NCBI RefSeq assembly: GCF_006345805.1
Contig: NC_043000.1
Coordinates: 134,664,001 to 134,728,000, forward strand
Reading direction: 5' to 3'
Length of the DNA stretch: 64,000 bases
From: Octopus sinensis
Taxonomy: Eukaryota
Part shown: in pieces, positions 36,218 to 49,499 of the stretch
How positions within the stretch are numbered: position 1 is the first letter of the stretch
Layout of the letters: each line of letters starts with the position of its first letter
Made by a program: the position numbers and the translations under genes
The notes under the pieces: model-generated
Told to the model about the DNA's origin: nothing
What the model saw: only the letters and a program-made list of their open reading frames with translations
Database searches by the model: none

Positions 36218-37171
36218 CAGGGTTATTCAAAAAGAAAGAGCAGATTTCAAATTTATTTTTAAAACAAATGGCAAGAGACACAAACACATTCTACATATTT
36301 CTTGATAGTGGAAGGTTTAAACTTTATAGCTGAACATGATCAATTGGATTAAGCCTTAAATAAAATAACATTTTAATTTTGTTTTAAGGTTTCATTTTGT
36401 TCATTTTATTTAAAGTTGTATAATTTTCATTTGTGTAATCCCTTAGAAAATGGAGACACCACAAGAAAAGTCTTTTAGTGTGCTGCAGTTTGAGAAATGT
36501 GAATTGATTGTGCAAGTGCAATGTGAATTTCACTGCCAATTCAATAAAAATCCACCTCGTCACAAGCAAATTTATGAATGGCATAAAAATTTCTTAGAAA
36601 AAGGTTGCATTTGTAAAGGAAAAAAGCACCAGTGTTCATGGTACTCATGTTGAGTGCATACTCCCTTAAAATAAACTTTAAAACCTCTCCTATCAAGAAA
36701 TATGTAGAATGTGTTTGTGTCTCTTACCGTTTACTCTTTTACTTGTTTCAGTCATTTGACTGCGGCCATGCTGGGGCACCACCTTTAGTCGAGCAAATCG
36801 ACCCCAGGACTTATTCTTTGTAAGCCTAGTACTTATTCTATCAGTCTCTTTTTGCCGAACTGCTAAGTTACGGGGACGCAAACACACCAGCATCGGTTGT
36901 CAAGCGATGTTGAGGGGACAAACACAGATACACAAACACATATACATATATACGATGGGCTTCTTTCAGTTTCCGTCTACCAAATCCACTCACAAGGCTT
37001 TGGTTGGCCCGAGGCTATAGCAGAAGACAATTGCCCAAAGTGCCACGCAGTGGGACTAAACCCAGAACCATGTGGTTGGTAAGCAAGCTACTTACCACAC
37101 AGCCACTCCTACGCCTAAAGGTTGTTTTAAAAATAAATTTAAAATCTGCTCTTTCTTTTTGAATAACCCTC
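36218..37171 (+). mobile_element. Tc1/mariner-like element with N-terminal HTH (DUF4817-like), with a nested SINE
   Basis: ~50-bp TA-flanked TIRs CAGGGTTATTCAAAAAGAAAGAGCAGATTT...; METPQEKSFSVLQF...IYEWHKNFLEKGCICKGK. Confidence 0.8.
36725..37115 (-). mobile_element. SINE family B nested in a Tc1/mariner element
   Basis: Reverse complement of the family B consensus. Confidence 0.88.
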
Positions 37172-37196
37172 TATATTAACTGAGATCACAACTTAC

Positions 37197-37262
37197 CATA
37201 TAGAAGTAGGACAATGCAGTACATACTCCCCAGAATACTGTTCCTGTCTTTACTGCTTTTAT
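37197..37262 (-). CDS. STT3B: STT3B exon: IKAVKTGTVFWGVCTALSYFYM
   Basis: 66 nt; ttgcag/gtaagt. Confidence 0.95.
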
Positions 37263-39206
37263 CTGCAATAAATAGATTAATCAAATGAAATACAAGAAAT
37301 TGTAAATTTTTAATCAAGCTTTATCCTCGCTAATTTAATCAATTTGAATAAAAGATTAAAAACATAAGGGGGAAGGGATATTCAAATACTATCTAGGTGT
37401 GCGTGTATATCTCTGCCTGTTACATCTGTGGCAGTGTCCATGTATCTACATTAACATGTCAATCTATATCAGTGTGTAAGTGTGTATGTTTATTTTTGTG
37501 TCTGTATATGCCCATTATTGTGTGCATGTGTACACATGCATATGCATAAGTGTGCTTGGGTATATCTATGTATATGCATGTAGATTCAGAAAGGAAGGTG
37601 TATAAATTCCTTTGTCAAAGGTATGGGGTGAAGTAAGATGATTGGCATCGACAAAATTAATACTTGCTTTGTCAATTTCTGTGTATCAATATTTTTTAGT
37701 ACAATGACTAATGCATATAAGTCTGTTACATGTGTGTATCTGTATACCTTTTTTTCTGATTTTTAGATTATAGTATACTGAGATAAGACTTTTCTGAGAA
37801 CAGTCTTAAATTGTCAGAAGAAATCTATTACTATATATATGATATTGAATTTCCTTGATTTAAACAGTTTAAATCTTTGATTTTAAACAACATATTCAAA
37901 TTCTGAGCTGGAATACCATTATTTATGTGTGTGTATATCCCATGTTAGCATAGAGAAAAAAGATGCAAAAAAATATATAAAAGTATGTAGTGTGTGTGTG
38001 TGTGTGTATGTGTGCATGTACACATGAGTATATTTCTATGTTAGCAAGTACAGATATCATTTATCAAAATCTTTATGGAAAATTTTAGTTTCAACCAATT
38101 TGGTTTCTTAATTAAATCACATTTAAATCTAAATTAAATCACATTTAAATCTATATTAAATCACAAGTATGCCTGGTATTGGTTACTTTTTTCTTGTTTG
38201 TTATCACTAACATTCACATACACAAATACTCACACACACGAATACACATGCAGAGTTTCTGTTCACTGTCTTCTGTTTGCAACCCAAAACTAGGTTAGAA
38301 AACACACAGCCTGGTTGCAGTGCAGTGGAACTGAACTGAAGTTGCTAAGTAAACTCCTTAACCATATAACCATTCCTGGTTGGATTAATACATTTTACAA
38401 ATTCAGATATTTGAATTTATCCAAGGAAGTATCAATATCATTTGTCATCTACAGAAACATGTATAAATCTCTAAAATTAAATCCAACTTCAATAAGTTAA
38501 TCCATCTCTAATTGTATTGGTCATAAGAGGACCTTGTCCTGTACAATATGGTGTGATGTCAAGTAGCTCAGTTCTAATGAATGCTTCAGAAGTTGATAGT
38601 TCTAATTCAAATCTTATCTAGCTCACAACACTTGTTCACCAATTGTCCAAATTATGACAAATCTGTTTTGCATGTACGTGTCAATGCCTCATGCCTAACT
38701 GCATTCCCAGTTCATTTGCACTCAGTCTCTGTATGCTCCTATTACACAGCCAATGGATCATAAACACACCTATTCAAGTCTCTCTATATTTTCTTCTTTT
38801 CACCTTTTACTGTATGTATGAATGAACATGCAAGTTCCATGATGAAATCTGCATCCCAAATGCCTATTTTGTATATTGAGTTGCAACAACGGCAACATGT
38901 AGCAAACCTTTTCATGAGGAAACTTTGACATTTGACATTATACTACAACTAACATACTCATCTAAGTAACGGAATATCAAAAATAAGTGAAACATTAAGT
39001 TACATCAACAACGTATGATCTGTGCAACTTGTTAGTAGCAACAATGTATTTAGATATTGGATCTCAGTCAGTTTACATGAAGTTTCGATTGCATTTCCTG
39101 TATCAATTACTTGTATGAATTATATAATATAAATCTTAAGTGATACTCTATTGCTTTCTAAATTCTCTCAAATTTAAATTAGAGCGGCTGCCACTGCCAC
39201 CACCAC

Positions 39207-39600
39207 CATCGTTTAACATCCGCTTTCCATGCTAGCATGGGTTGGACGATTTTGACTGAGGGCTGGCAAACCAGACGGCTGCACCAGGCTCCAATCTTGA
39301 TCTGGCAGAGTTTCTACAGCTGGATGCCCTTCCAAATGCCAACCACTCCGAGAGTGTAGTGAGTGCTTTTTACGTCCCACCGGTCAGGTGGTACTGGCAA
39401 TGACCTCGCTCGAATCTTTTTACACGTGCCAGTGAAGTGACATTGGTAACGATCACGCTCAAATTGTGCCCTTTTACGTGCCACGGGCATGGAAGCCAGT
39501 TGGCTGCTCTGGCAACGATCACGCTCATATGGTGCTCTTGGCACCCTACAAGCACAGACATAAATGCCAGTAAGGCGATGCTGATAACGATCATATTCGA
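39207..39600 (-). mobile_element. family-A repeat with tandem leader units
   Basis: Reverse complement match. Confidence 0.8.
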
Positions 39601-39637
39601 ATAGCCGCGTCAAATCTGGGCTACACTACTGCTTTGA

Positions 39638-39813
39638 CCCTTTAGCATTTAAACCGGCCAAATCTAGTCTCTTACACCTACCCTACAATGTCATGCTAAA
39701 AGCAAACAATCACATCATAGAAATCTCAAAGCTACAAGGTAATGCATGATTAAGTCAAAAGAACGTCAATAAATGAGCATTACATTTAAAAGAGTAATCT
39801 GAATGCTACAGGG
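39638..39813 (+). mobile_element. piggyBac-like MITE family E (shorter copy)
   Basis: TTGA|CCCTTTAGCATT...AATGCTACAGGG|TTAA. Confidence 0.75.
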
Positions 39814-41167
39814 TTAAATTTTATATTACATATTTTTGGTTTTGAATATAATAAAATTCAAAATCTCTTCTCAAATGTGTAAAGAAAAAAAAAGAAAGAA
39901 AAAGTCAAAATTTTGAAGTCTCATTTTACAAAAACAGTATGTATAAAAATATTGTTTTTATAAAAGTTTAGAATAAGAATTAGAGTACTAAGAAAAATAA
40001 TTAGGCTAGATAATTTACTATTAGTACTGTTAATGGGAACACTGCACTTCAAGTAACTATGGAACGCAATACTAAAAAGTTGCACAGCAAAATTTATTAA
40101 TGAAAGATAACACCTAATAAGACAAATCTAAGACCAGTCAGATTTTAAACCAAGGCATTGTCATAAAATCAAATACTGAAATGACATGCTTGTGTTGAGA
40201 GAGAGGTATGGGTTTTCAAAGGGATACCTTTTGAGTGATATCAAATAAGAGTTACAGATTCATGTCTGTGTAAAAAAAAAAAAAAGTACAAAAATGAGAA
40301 TAATGAACACTAGACATGTCACTATCTAAACACTAAAATGTCAATCTTGTACAAGAATGTAATGCTATTTCCAATGAAATTTAAGAGAAGAATGAACAAG
40401 AATTGAAAAATCAACATAAATATTTATCTGAAAACTACAAACTATGACAGAGCTTTACAATAAAATAGTTGAGAAAAAGTTTCTAAATGAAATTTCTTGA
40501 AGTTTCAAAACTAAAACCATTCCATTGCTGAAGTTGAAATTATTTGTAAATAAAGAAATTAATCCAACGTATTGAAGTTCAATTTAGATTCTCACAAATC
40601 ATCATTATTTTACATTTGTTTTATCTCCGATGATTTGCAGGGGCCAAATTATTTAAAAGGTGAAACAACTGATCAATATCTATCTACTAATAAATTAGTT
40701 TATCAGGACTGAACAAAAGCTAATTAACATACTAAGCATATGTCTTGGCAATATATTATAAACCTTTGCAATCTTGATGTTGGCCATAGTACAGTGTTAA
40801 GTTCTGGTTAGTTCAAAACTCTTTTGATTCACATTTTATTTACATCACCAATGTTGTTGAATGGAGGAATATGGCATAGTGGTTTGGATGTTGAGCTCAT
40901 CATCATTAGATGATGGATTTTGATTCTCAGGCTAGATGGCACATTATGTCCTTGGGTAACGCTCTTCATTTCACATTGCTGAAAATGAGCAGCAGCAACA
41001 ACAGGGGAATTAATCCTTCCACCCACTGGTATCCTGTTTGTGGGTCCAGAACTCTCTGTTGCTTTAAACACCACAGAAACTGGTACAAGCTCCAATGGCT
41101 TGAGACAGATTTTAATGTTTTGGGGAAAACTGCTTTTCCTCTTCTATAAACAACAAATTTCACACAC

Positions 41168-41420
41168 CGTCATCATCATTTAACGTCCGTTTTCCATGCT
41201 AGCATGGGTTGGACGGTTCGACCGGGGTCTGGGAAACCAGGAGGCTGCACCAGGCTCCATTCTGATCTGGCAGTGTTTCTACTGCTGGGTGCCCTTCCTA
41301 ATGCCAACCATTCCGTGAGTGTAGTGGGTGTTTTTTACGTGCCACCAACACAGGTGCCAGGGGAGGCTGGCAGTAGCCACGATCGGTTGGTGCTTTTTAC
41401 GTGCCACCAGCACGGACGCT
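41168..41420 (-). mobile_element. family-A repeat
   Basis: Reverse complement match. Confidence 0.82.
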
Positions 41421-42158
41421 GGCTCAAAAATAAATCGTAATTATCTCCAGTCCTAAGAGAATAAATGCAAACAAGCAGAAATAGTCACATTAATGTCTAA
41501 ATCAAATGCAATTTCAAAGTAATTATACACAGACTGTAATTAAGACAATAACTAAGAGATAAGTTAGTATGAGAAAATTTTTTAATTATTCATGCTTTCA
41601 ATTGATATTTGATGTAATTGAAACCAAGATACCTTATTATAACTGACAAGAAACCTAAACTAATTTTGAACAAGGAAACAAGTCTACAATCACATTTACG
41701 AACCCAACTAAATTCTTTTTGTGTGAAAACAGGCAGTTATATGTTGATACTAGTATTAGATACCTAGCACTGTTCAGCTTAATGAAAAGAAATCCCACTA
41801 CTTGAGGTTCAAATGCACAGCGTAAAACTGCACAATACATAGCAGTCGGTTGGACAGCTAGACATCACACACATTAACATAATCCTTGCAAGTCCTAAAA
41901 AAGCTGACACACACATACACACACACACACCAACAAACAGTTTAACTGATTTACAAGAAAATAAACAAGGTGTAGCTGATTTTTAAAAATTGCATACAAG
42001 GTAAAATATATTAAATGATATCTAGCAAACAATAATGTGTGAGAGAGAAAAGAGACAGCGAGGAAGACAAAGAAAGATTAGATGGAAAAGAGATATCCAT
42101 GTAGGAAGTATGTGTTTATAGGATTTGTGTTTATTATAAATCAAAGACTATAACTTAC

Positions 42159-42247
42159 CCAAGTATAATAGGTGAACATCAAAGCAAATATGGCAATGCC
42201 TTCATTATCATAGCTACCAGCAACAGACCTACTGATGTAGCCTGGTA
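42159..42247 (-). CDS. STT3B: STT3B exon: (V)[29 protein letters not shown]
   Basis: 89 nt; ctatag/gtaagt; conserved [11 protein letters not shown] motif. Confidence 0.97.
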
Positions 42248-42439
42248 CTATAGAAATTATAAAAAAAAAAAGATGTTTGAAGATATTTTAGAATGAACAC
42301 CTTAACACTATATTTGGACCAAGATCTGAATATTTTAAAACTAAACAAAGCATGGAAAATTTTAAAGCCACATGTGGGAAATTTGGGAAAAACTAACATT
42401 ATTAGAGACTAATATACTAATACAATTTATATACTATAT

Positions 42440-42657
42440 ATTCTTTTCTACTCTAGGCACAAGGCCCGAAAGTTTTGGGGAGGGGGCTAGTCAATTAGAT
42501 CGACTCCAGTATGCAACTGGTACTTAATTTATCAACCCTGAAAGGATGAAAGGCAAAGTCGACCTTGGTGGAATTTTGAACTCAGAACACAAAGACAGAT
42601 GAAATACCACTAAGCATTTCGCCTGGCATGCTAACGTTTCTGCTAGCTCGCTGCCTT
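42440..42657 (-). mobile_element. SINE family C (tail type 2)
   Basis: Head as family C; tail matches the 484-712 copy. Confidence 0.85.
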
Positions 42658-43695
42658 TTCTATACTATTTATTAATGTAGTCTAAAGACAATGGAGAACA
42701 AATGGTTAATGTTTTGTTATGGACGGTATTCAATATGGATTTTATATTAAAATAGAACACTGTATTATAAATAAAAATGTTCAACAATATTTCTGTTGTT
42801 GAAGAGGCAGCAGTATGTATAAAAACATGTGGTTAGAGTTTTGAACTGATAGTGTCAAATTACGACACAACTGCATTGTATCTTGAGGCTTCACTCACCT
42901 TTTGAAAATAGCTGACAATAGACTTGTGGAATTATAAACATCATCACCCATTTTACATCCACTTATCCATGCTTGCATGGATCAGACAATTTGTTAAGGC
43001 TAACATGCCCCTCCTGTCCCCAGGCAAGATAATATTTCTCATGACCGGACACACTTTGCATGAAAAACTAGAAATGAACAGCATCGCTTGTACAACAGCG
43101 ATGTCCATTTACCACCGTCATGTGATGTCAAGACAAGGGTAAACACAAATACATACAATATATATCATGGGCTTCTTTCAGTTTCTATTGACCAAATCCA
43201 CTCACAAGGGTTTGTTTGGCCTGAGGCTGTAATAAAAGAAACTTGCCCAAGGTATCACGCATTGGGCATGAAGTAAAGACCACATGGTTGGGAAGCAAAC
43301 CTCTTAACAATATAGTCATGTCTGTGTCTATACATCAGCATTATCATCATCTATTGTCCATTTTACATTCTTATATGTCCTCACTAAACCAGTATTAATT
43401 TAAATAATAATAATAAAGAACAGTTTTGTGGATATTTCAGCAAGTAACAGTGAGTATGTGTTCACTACAGTGAATTTTAAGGAAAAAAGAGACACAAATG
43501 AAGAAGACAAGAAACAAAAAAATGTTTGAAATATAGGTATTAAATATTAACAGAAGAAAAGTCATTTGGAGTTAACAAAATTTTGGTCACTATACAAAAT
43601 ATCTTTTTAAATAAACAAAAAAATTTTTTAACAAAAGCGAAAGAGAAATATTTTTCATGTGCAAACCTAAGTAATTTTATAGGAAACTGTTTTAA

Positions 43696-43915
43696 CCCTT
43701 TTGTTACTAACCCGGCCGAAACCGGCTCTGGCTCTGTGGTAAAATATCTTGTTTTCCTAAGTTTTGAATTCAAATATTCCACCAAGCCATAGTCACAATT
43801 TATGTTCCAAACACTAGCTTAATAGTAACTAAGTTATTTTACTAAATTCTTTGTTATACTTAAAATGATTGAAAGAAACACAGAGCATCTCAAAATAAAT
43901 ACAGTAACGAAAGGG
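43696..43915 (+). mobile_element. piggyBac-like MITE family D
   Basis: TTAA|CCCTTTTGTTAC...GTAACGAAAGGG|TTAA. Confidence 0.85.
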
Positions 43916-44174
43916 TTAATATATCAATCAAATATATCATTATGTCAATTGAGCTCAAAATATATTAGTCACCAAACATGTCAGTAGAAATAAATCAATT
44001 GTACACAATAGTTATTACCTTTCATAATTTTATCTAATTAAGTCTAATGCATATTATTCCGACAATTAAATATTGTTAGCTTAAAGGGATGTGTTTTAAC
44101 ATTACATTTGTTAATCGTATCTTTACTTGAAAACAATAATGCATTTAAAAAGTAACAGGGTTAGCAAAACAAAA

Positions 44175-44176
44175 AA

Positions 44177-44217
<41 letters not shown>

Positions 44218-44750
44218 CATACATATATATACATATTTATATATATATACATACACACACACATATATATATACATACATACACACACACACATATATAT
44301 ATATACATACATACACACACACATATATATATATATACATACACACACACATATATATATATACATACATACATACACACACACACACAATATATATATA
44401 TACATACATACATGCACATATATATATATACATACATACATACATGCACACATATATACATACATACATACACACACACATATATATACATACATACATA
44501 CACACACACATATATATATATACATACATACACACACACATATATATATACATACATACACACACACATATATATATACATACATACACACACATATATA
44601 TATATATACATACATACATACACACACACATATATATATATACATACATACATACATACACACACACATATATATATATACATACATACACACACACACA
44701 TATATATATACACACACACACATACATATACATACAGACACATATATGTG
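44175..44750. repeat. compound (CA)n/(TA)n/(TACA)n microsatellite with higher-order periodicity
   Basis: Recurring cacacacacatatatatatatacatacata blocks. Confidence 0.95.
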
Positions 44751-44877
44751 TGCTGAAATACTGTATTAGGGATCTTAAGGAAGTAAATGAAGTTAATTGG
44801 GTGTATGGAATATGTTAGATATAAGAGAGTAGTAGACACTCCTTTTAAGTTTTATGACAATTGAAGATGAAACTTAC

Positions 44878-44966
44878 CAATTGCAATGAAGCATGCTGCA
44901 AAGAGACCTGCTCCTGAACTCCATATTTCCTTGGTAAAGAAATATGTAGCTAAAGCAGTGAGACCA
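44878..44966 (-). CDS. STT3B: STT3B exon: (S)GLTALATYFFTKEIWSSGAGLFAACFIAI(V)
   Basis: 89 nt; ctttag/gtaagt. Confidence 0.96.
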
Positions 44967-45139
44967 CTAAAGAGGTAAAAAAAAAACAAAACATTTTATG
45001 GAATTAGTATTTCCAACCAATATGAGCGATTTAAACTTGGTCATTAAAATTTTTTAAACATACACATACAACAGAAGCTTTGTCAAATAAACATTAAACT
45101 AGTATCTAAAAACATTAAACTAGCATCTAAAAATATAGC

Positions 45140-45486
45140 TCCGGCGTCTGGCAACGGACTTGGTAAGCACCCACAAAGTTATCAATCACCTCACCAACAA
45201 CAACACTGAACACCTTTTTGATCTCCATGTGTCTAACACACGTGGACATGCCTACAAAGTCAGAAAACAACACAGCTCCCATGACTTTCGGAAACATTTT
45301 TTCACGCTCAGAGTTGCTGAAGCATGGAATAAACTACCTGCATCAGTTGTTGACTGCCATGACACTGCATCCTTTAAGGCCCTCATGCTTTCCGAAATCC
45401 GCCGAAACTACACCTGATTATATATAGACTTTAGATGAGTTGTAGTGCACCTGAGCACTGTACACAATTATTATTATTATTATTAA
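45140..45486 (+). mobile_element. CR1-clade LINE 3' end, same family as 1150-1900
   Basis: ORF 45160-45417 nearly identical in peptide; shared gtgcacctgagcactgta and (TTA)n tail. Confidence 0.88.
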
Positions 45487-46023
45487 ATGGTCATACATAT
45501 AAGGAGATCAAAGTTAGTAAAAGTAACAAAAAAATAAAAAGAAAAGAAAGAAAAAGGCAGAAAGATTACTAAGAACTGAGAATTAAAATTATACCCAGCT
45601 TTCAGCTAACAACTGATGGACACGCCTATATTCTGGAGATTAATAGTCCATCACCTACTTTGATCTATGACATCACATTTTTGTAACAGCAACTTTAAAT
45701 AATGTGATATGCACTTTAATTATTAGAGTTTTTTTTTTTTTTGCTACTCTTCAATTTTGTCATAATTCTCAGATTACATACATATAACACTCAAACTAGA
45801 TCAGAGATTACATGAGGGTAATCTCTGATCAAGGAGACCTATGATCAAAGACATTCCAGTTGTGACAATCCAATCCTTTTAAATATGTATGTGTCCTTCC
45901 TTCAAGATGGTAGAATATGATTTGAGGGGGATTTGGTTGCAATTTCTAGTCGGTCAGACAACAGCAAAGAGGGATGTTTATTGAGTGGTGTCATGCATAA
46001 AAACTAATTCAGATTTATACACA

Positions 46024-46400
46024 ATGGCTGTGTGGTAAGTAGCTTGCTTACCAACCAAATGGTTCCGGGTTCAGTCCCACTGCGTGGCATCTTGGGCAAG
46101 TGTCTTCTGCTATAGCCCCGGGCCGACCAATGCCTTGTGAGTGGATTTGGTAGACGGAAACTGAAAGAAGCCTGTCGTATATATGTATGTGTGTGTGTGT
46201 GTTTGTCCCCCTAGCATTGCTTGACAAACGATGCTGGTGTGTTTACGTCCCCGTCACTTAGCAGTTCGGCAAAAGAGACCGATAGAATAAGTACTGGGCT
46301 TACAAAGAATAAGTCCCGGGGTCGATTTGGTCGACTAAAGGCGGTGCTCCAGCATGGCCGCAGTCAAATGACTGAAACAAGTAAAAGAGTAAAAGAGTAA
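46024..46400 (+). mobile_element. SINE family B
   Basis: Colinear with 33414-33847; (GTAAAAGA)n tail. Confidence 0.88.
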
Positions 46401-46995
46401 TGACTTTATACTTATAAATTTGTATATTTTTAATGGTTTAGTAAGTGAACTGCAGCACCACATGTCAACTCCAGAACCTATTTCAATCTGATACATTTGT
46501 GAAGTGAACTTTTTAACCATACAGCCATGCCAGCATCTATATATTAATTTATCATCATCACACTCTCGGAGTGGTTGGCGTTAGGAAGGGCATCCAGCTG
46601 TAGAAACTCTGCCAGATCAAGATTGGGGCCTGGTGCAGCCATTTGGTTCGCCAGTCCTCTGTCAAATCGCCCAAACCCATGCTAGCATGGAAAGTGGACG
46701 TTAAAGGATGATGATCAACCACTGGACATTACTGTCCTCAAGTCCCGGGACTCGTAAGGCCAGCTGCTTGGTTTCCATGGTATATAAGTAGCCGAGATCA
46801 CAATATTGCAGCTGAACAGGATGCCAATTCTTCACAGGGTTATTCATTTGCAACTGTGAGGACTGGAGCCATGTGAAATGAAGTGTTTTGCTCAAGAACA
46901 CAATGCACTGCCAGCTCTGGGAAGTTAAAGCATGAACTTATAATCATGAGTACAACACTTTAACACTAGGCCATGCACCTTCAGCAATATATTAA

Positions 46996-47213
46996 CCCTT
47001 TCGTTACCAACCCGGCTGAAACAGGCCCTGGCTCTGAGTACAAATGTCTTGTTTTCATAAGTTTTGAATTAAAATCTTCCACCAAACCTTAGTCGCAATT
47101 TATGTTCCTAACACTAGCTGAATGATAACTAAGTTATTTTACTAAATTCTTTGTTATATTTAAAATAATTAAGAGAAACAGAGCATCTCAAAATAAATAC
47201 AGTAACAAAAGGG
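46996..47213 (+). mobile_element. piggyBac-like MITE family D
   Basis: TTAA TSD, CCCTTTCGTTAC TIR, colinear body. Confidence 0.85.
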
Positions 47214-47251
47214 TTAATTGCTGCATTCAAATTTAATAATGATTTATATAT

Positions 47252-47423
47252 AGGCGTAGGAGTGGCTGTGTGGTAAGTAGCTTGCTAACCAACCACATGG
47301 TTCCGGGTTCAGTCCTGTTGCGTGGCATCTTGGGCAAGTGTCTTCTGCTATAGTCCCGGGCCGAACAATGCCTTGTGAGTGGATTTGGTAGACGGAAACT
47401 GAAAGAAGCCTGTCGTATATATG

Positions 47424-47466
<43 letters not shown>

Positions 47467-47679
47467 TGTGTGTGTGTGTCTGTGTTTGTCCCCCTGGCAT
47501 TGCTTGACAACCGATGCTGGTGTGTTTACGTCCCCGTCACTAGCGGTTCGGCAAAAGAGACCGATAGAATAAGTACTGGGCTTACAAAGAATAAGTCCTC
47601 GGGTCAATTTGTTCGACTAAAGGCGGTGCTCCAGCATGGCCGCAGTCAAATGACTGAAACAAGTAAAAGAGTAAAGAGA
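47252..47679 (+). mobile_element. SINE family B
   Basis: Full head AGGCGTAGGAGTGGCTGTGTGG. Confidence 0.88.
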
Positions 47680-49290
47680 GTATGTTCAGCAGTTTTCAGC
47701 AATGTTGGGTACTCTAAAGACACTGGAAATGAATAATTAAAGGTTTAGAGGCTTATTATTGAAATATTATTATTGTAATATGTTGATTTGGTAAAACAGA
47801 TAATCCAAGAATGTTCTGGAACTAAACATACTGGAAAATTGAGTTCAGTGAATTGCCCTACATTAAATGAAACTGGAATAATTTGATCATTTCATGGCAT
47901 CAATACTGAGAAGAATTATGGGATTAACCAATGCTTCCAATATTTTATAAAAATATTAAAGATTACTTGAATTATCTTTTAAAACTTTTACGATAAGATC
48001 ACTAAAAAGCACTAAATAGATGTTCACAAGAAGTGATTGAATAATTCTGAAAGCAAATAATTCCAAATTGCTTGTTTACTCTGCTTCCTAATTTCACATG
48101 TTACCAGAATATATAAATATTTAGCATTATAGTGGAGTTGAGTGGTAAATAAACTTCATGTAGTGAGTCAAGAAATTTCAATTAATTAAATTTACAATTG
48201 CAACGTGCAGAGGAAAACATTTAAGCTCAATGACTAATATTAATCAAATCTGATCAAGATGAATGGGGACAATTCTGAAAATTTAATTAAAATTAGAATT
48301 ACAATGTAGTGAAATGAAAACATTAACTTGATGACTGATATTAATTTAATTTGAACTTTGGCAAGTACATTGATAATCTGTAAAAGATAACCTACCATAG
48401 TGCTTGACAGACCAAGAACTAGCAATACCCGTATACATAGATGCATAACTTGGTATGGCAACATAATAACTGAGTGAAATTTCCACATAAGCCTTTGGCA
48501 CTCAAATGGTTTTACCGACACCCCCTCCCACCACCACATTCAAATCATAATGCAATGATGAAAAAGAACAATAAATAAACTAAGCAAACTTTGAAATTTT
48601 CAAAGTAGTTATGGTAAAACTTAATTTCAAGTATTACTATTTGTTTATTTTTCTGGGTGTATTTTGGCAAATGTTTAACTGCAAATTGACATTAAATGCA
48701 CTGGTACCAAGGAGATACCCCAAAACTAGCAGCATCAAGCATGATAGGCAAGATGTTGGGTCACTAAGACATAGCCAAGTGCCACAAACACATTTTCAGA
48801 AGAGCATGAACTCTACAATATTTTGTAAAATTATCATGGTTTTTATGGCTGGATGCCCTTCCTAATGCCAACAAGTTTACAGGAGGGTGCACTGGGTGCT
48901 TTTTATGTGGCACCGCATGGGTGTAAAATAAATAAACTTTGTATAATTTTAAAGTATATGATCCTTCAAATTACTTAAGCAATAAGTGTTTTACACAGTA
49001 AATTTCTATTTCAATTAAAATAAACTTTCATTTACAAAGTCACTGTCATCATCATCATCATTTTATGTCCACTTTCCATGATGGCGTGGACTGGGTTATT
49101 ATATATATATTACTGTGACCGACCAGGCTATCAGATGTTGCTACACATCGCTGGTCACAATGCACTTCGCATTGTTTTAGCCTTCAAATGATGCCACCCT
49201 GCTGGCTAAGCGAGCAGGCCACACATATATATATATATATGTATGTATGTATATTTGAAAAAGAAAAAAAGAATTGGAAGAATCTAATAC

Positions 49291-49400
49291 CTGAAAACAG
49301 GAGCTAAAAATACACAGATATCCCGGATATGAACTGGAATATTAAGAGTATGAAGAATCCAATGTATAGATCCTGATGTTACCATAAGTCCTGGGTAGAC
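49291..49400 (-). CDS. STT3B: STT3B exon: VYPGLMVTSGSIHWILHTLNIPVHIRDICVFLAPVF(S)
   Basis: 110 nt; tttag/gtatta; phase matches neighbours. Confidence 0.96.
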
Positions 49401-49499
49401 CTAAATATAATAAACAGAAATAAAAATTATGCATATATGTATTGTACATTTTATTTAAAGAGCATTCAATTACAAACCAGATTGATTTAATCATTATTT

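Noticed and set aside
44127-44839. ~200-aa ORFs in several frames (HTHTYI / VCVYIY)
   Set aside because: Translation of a stop-free microsatellite.
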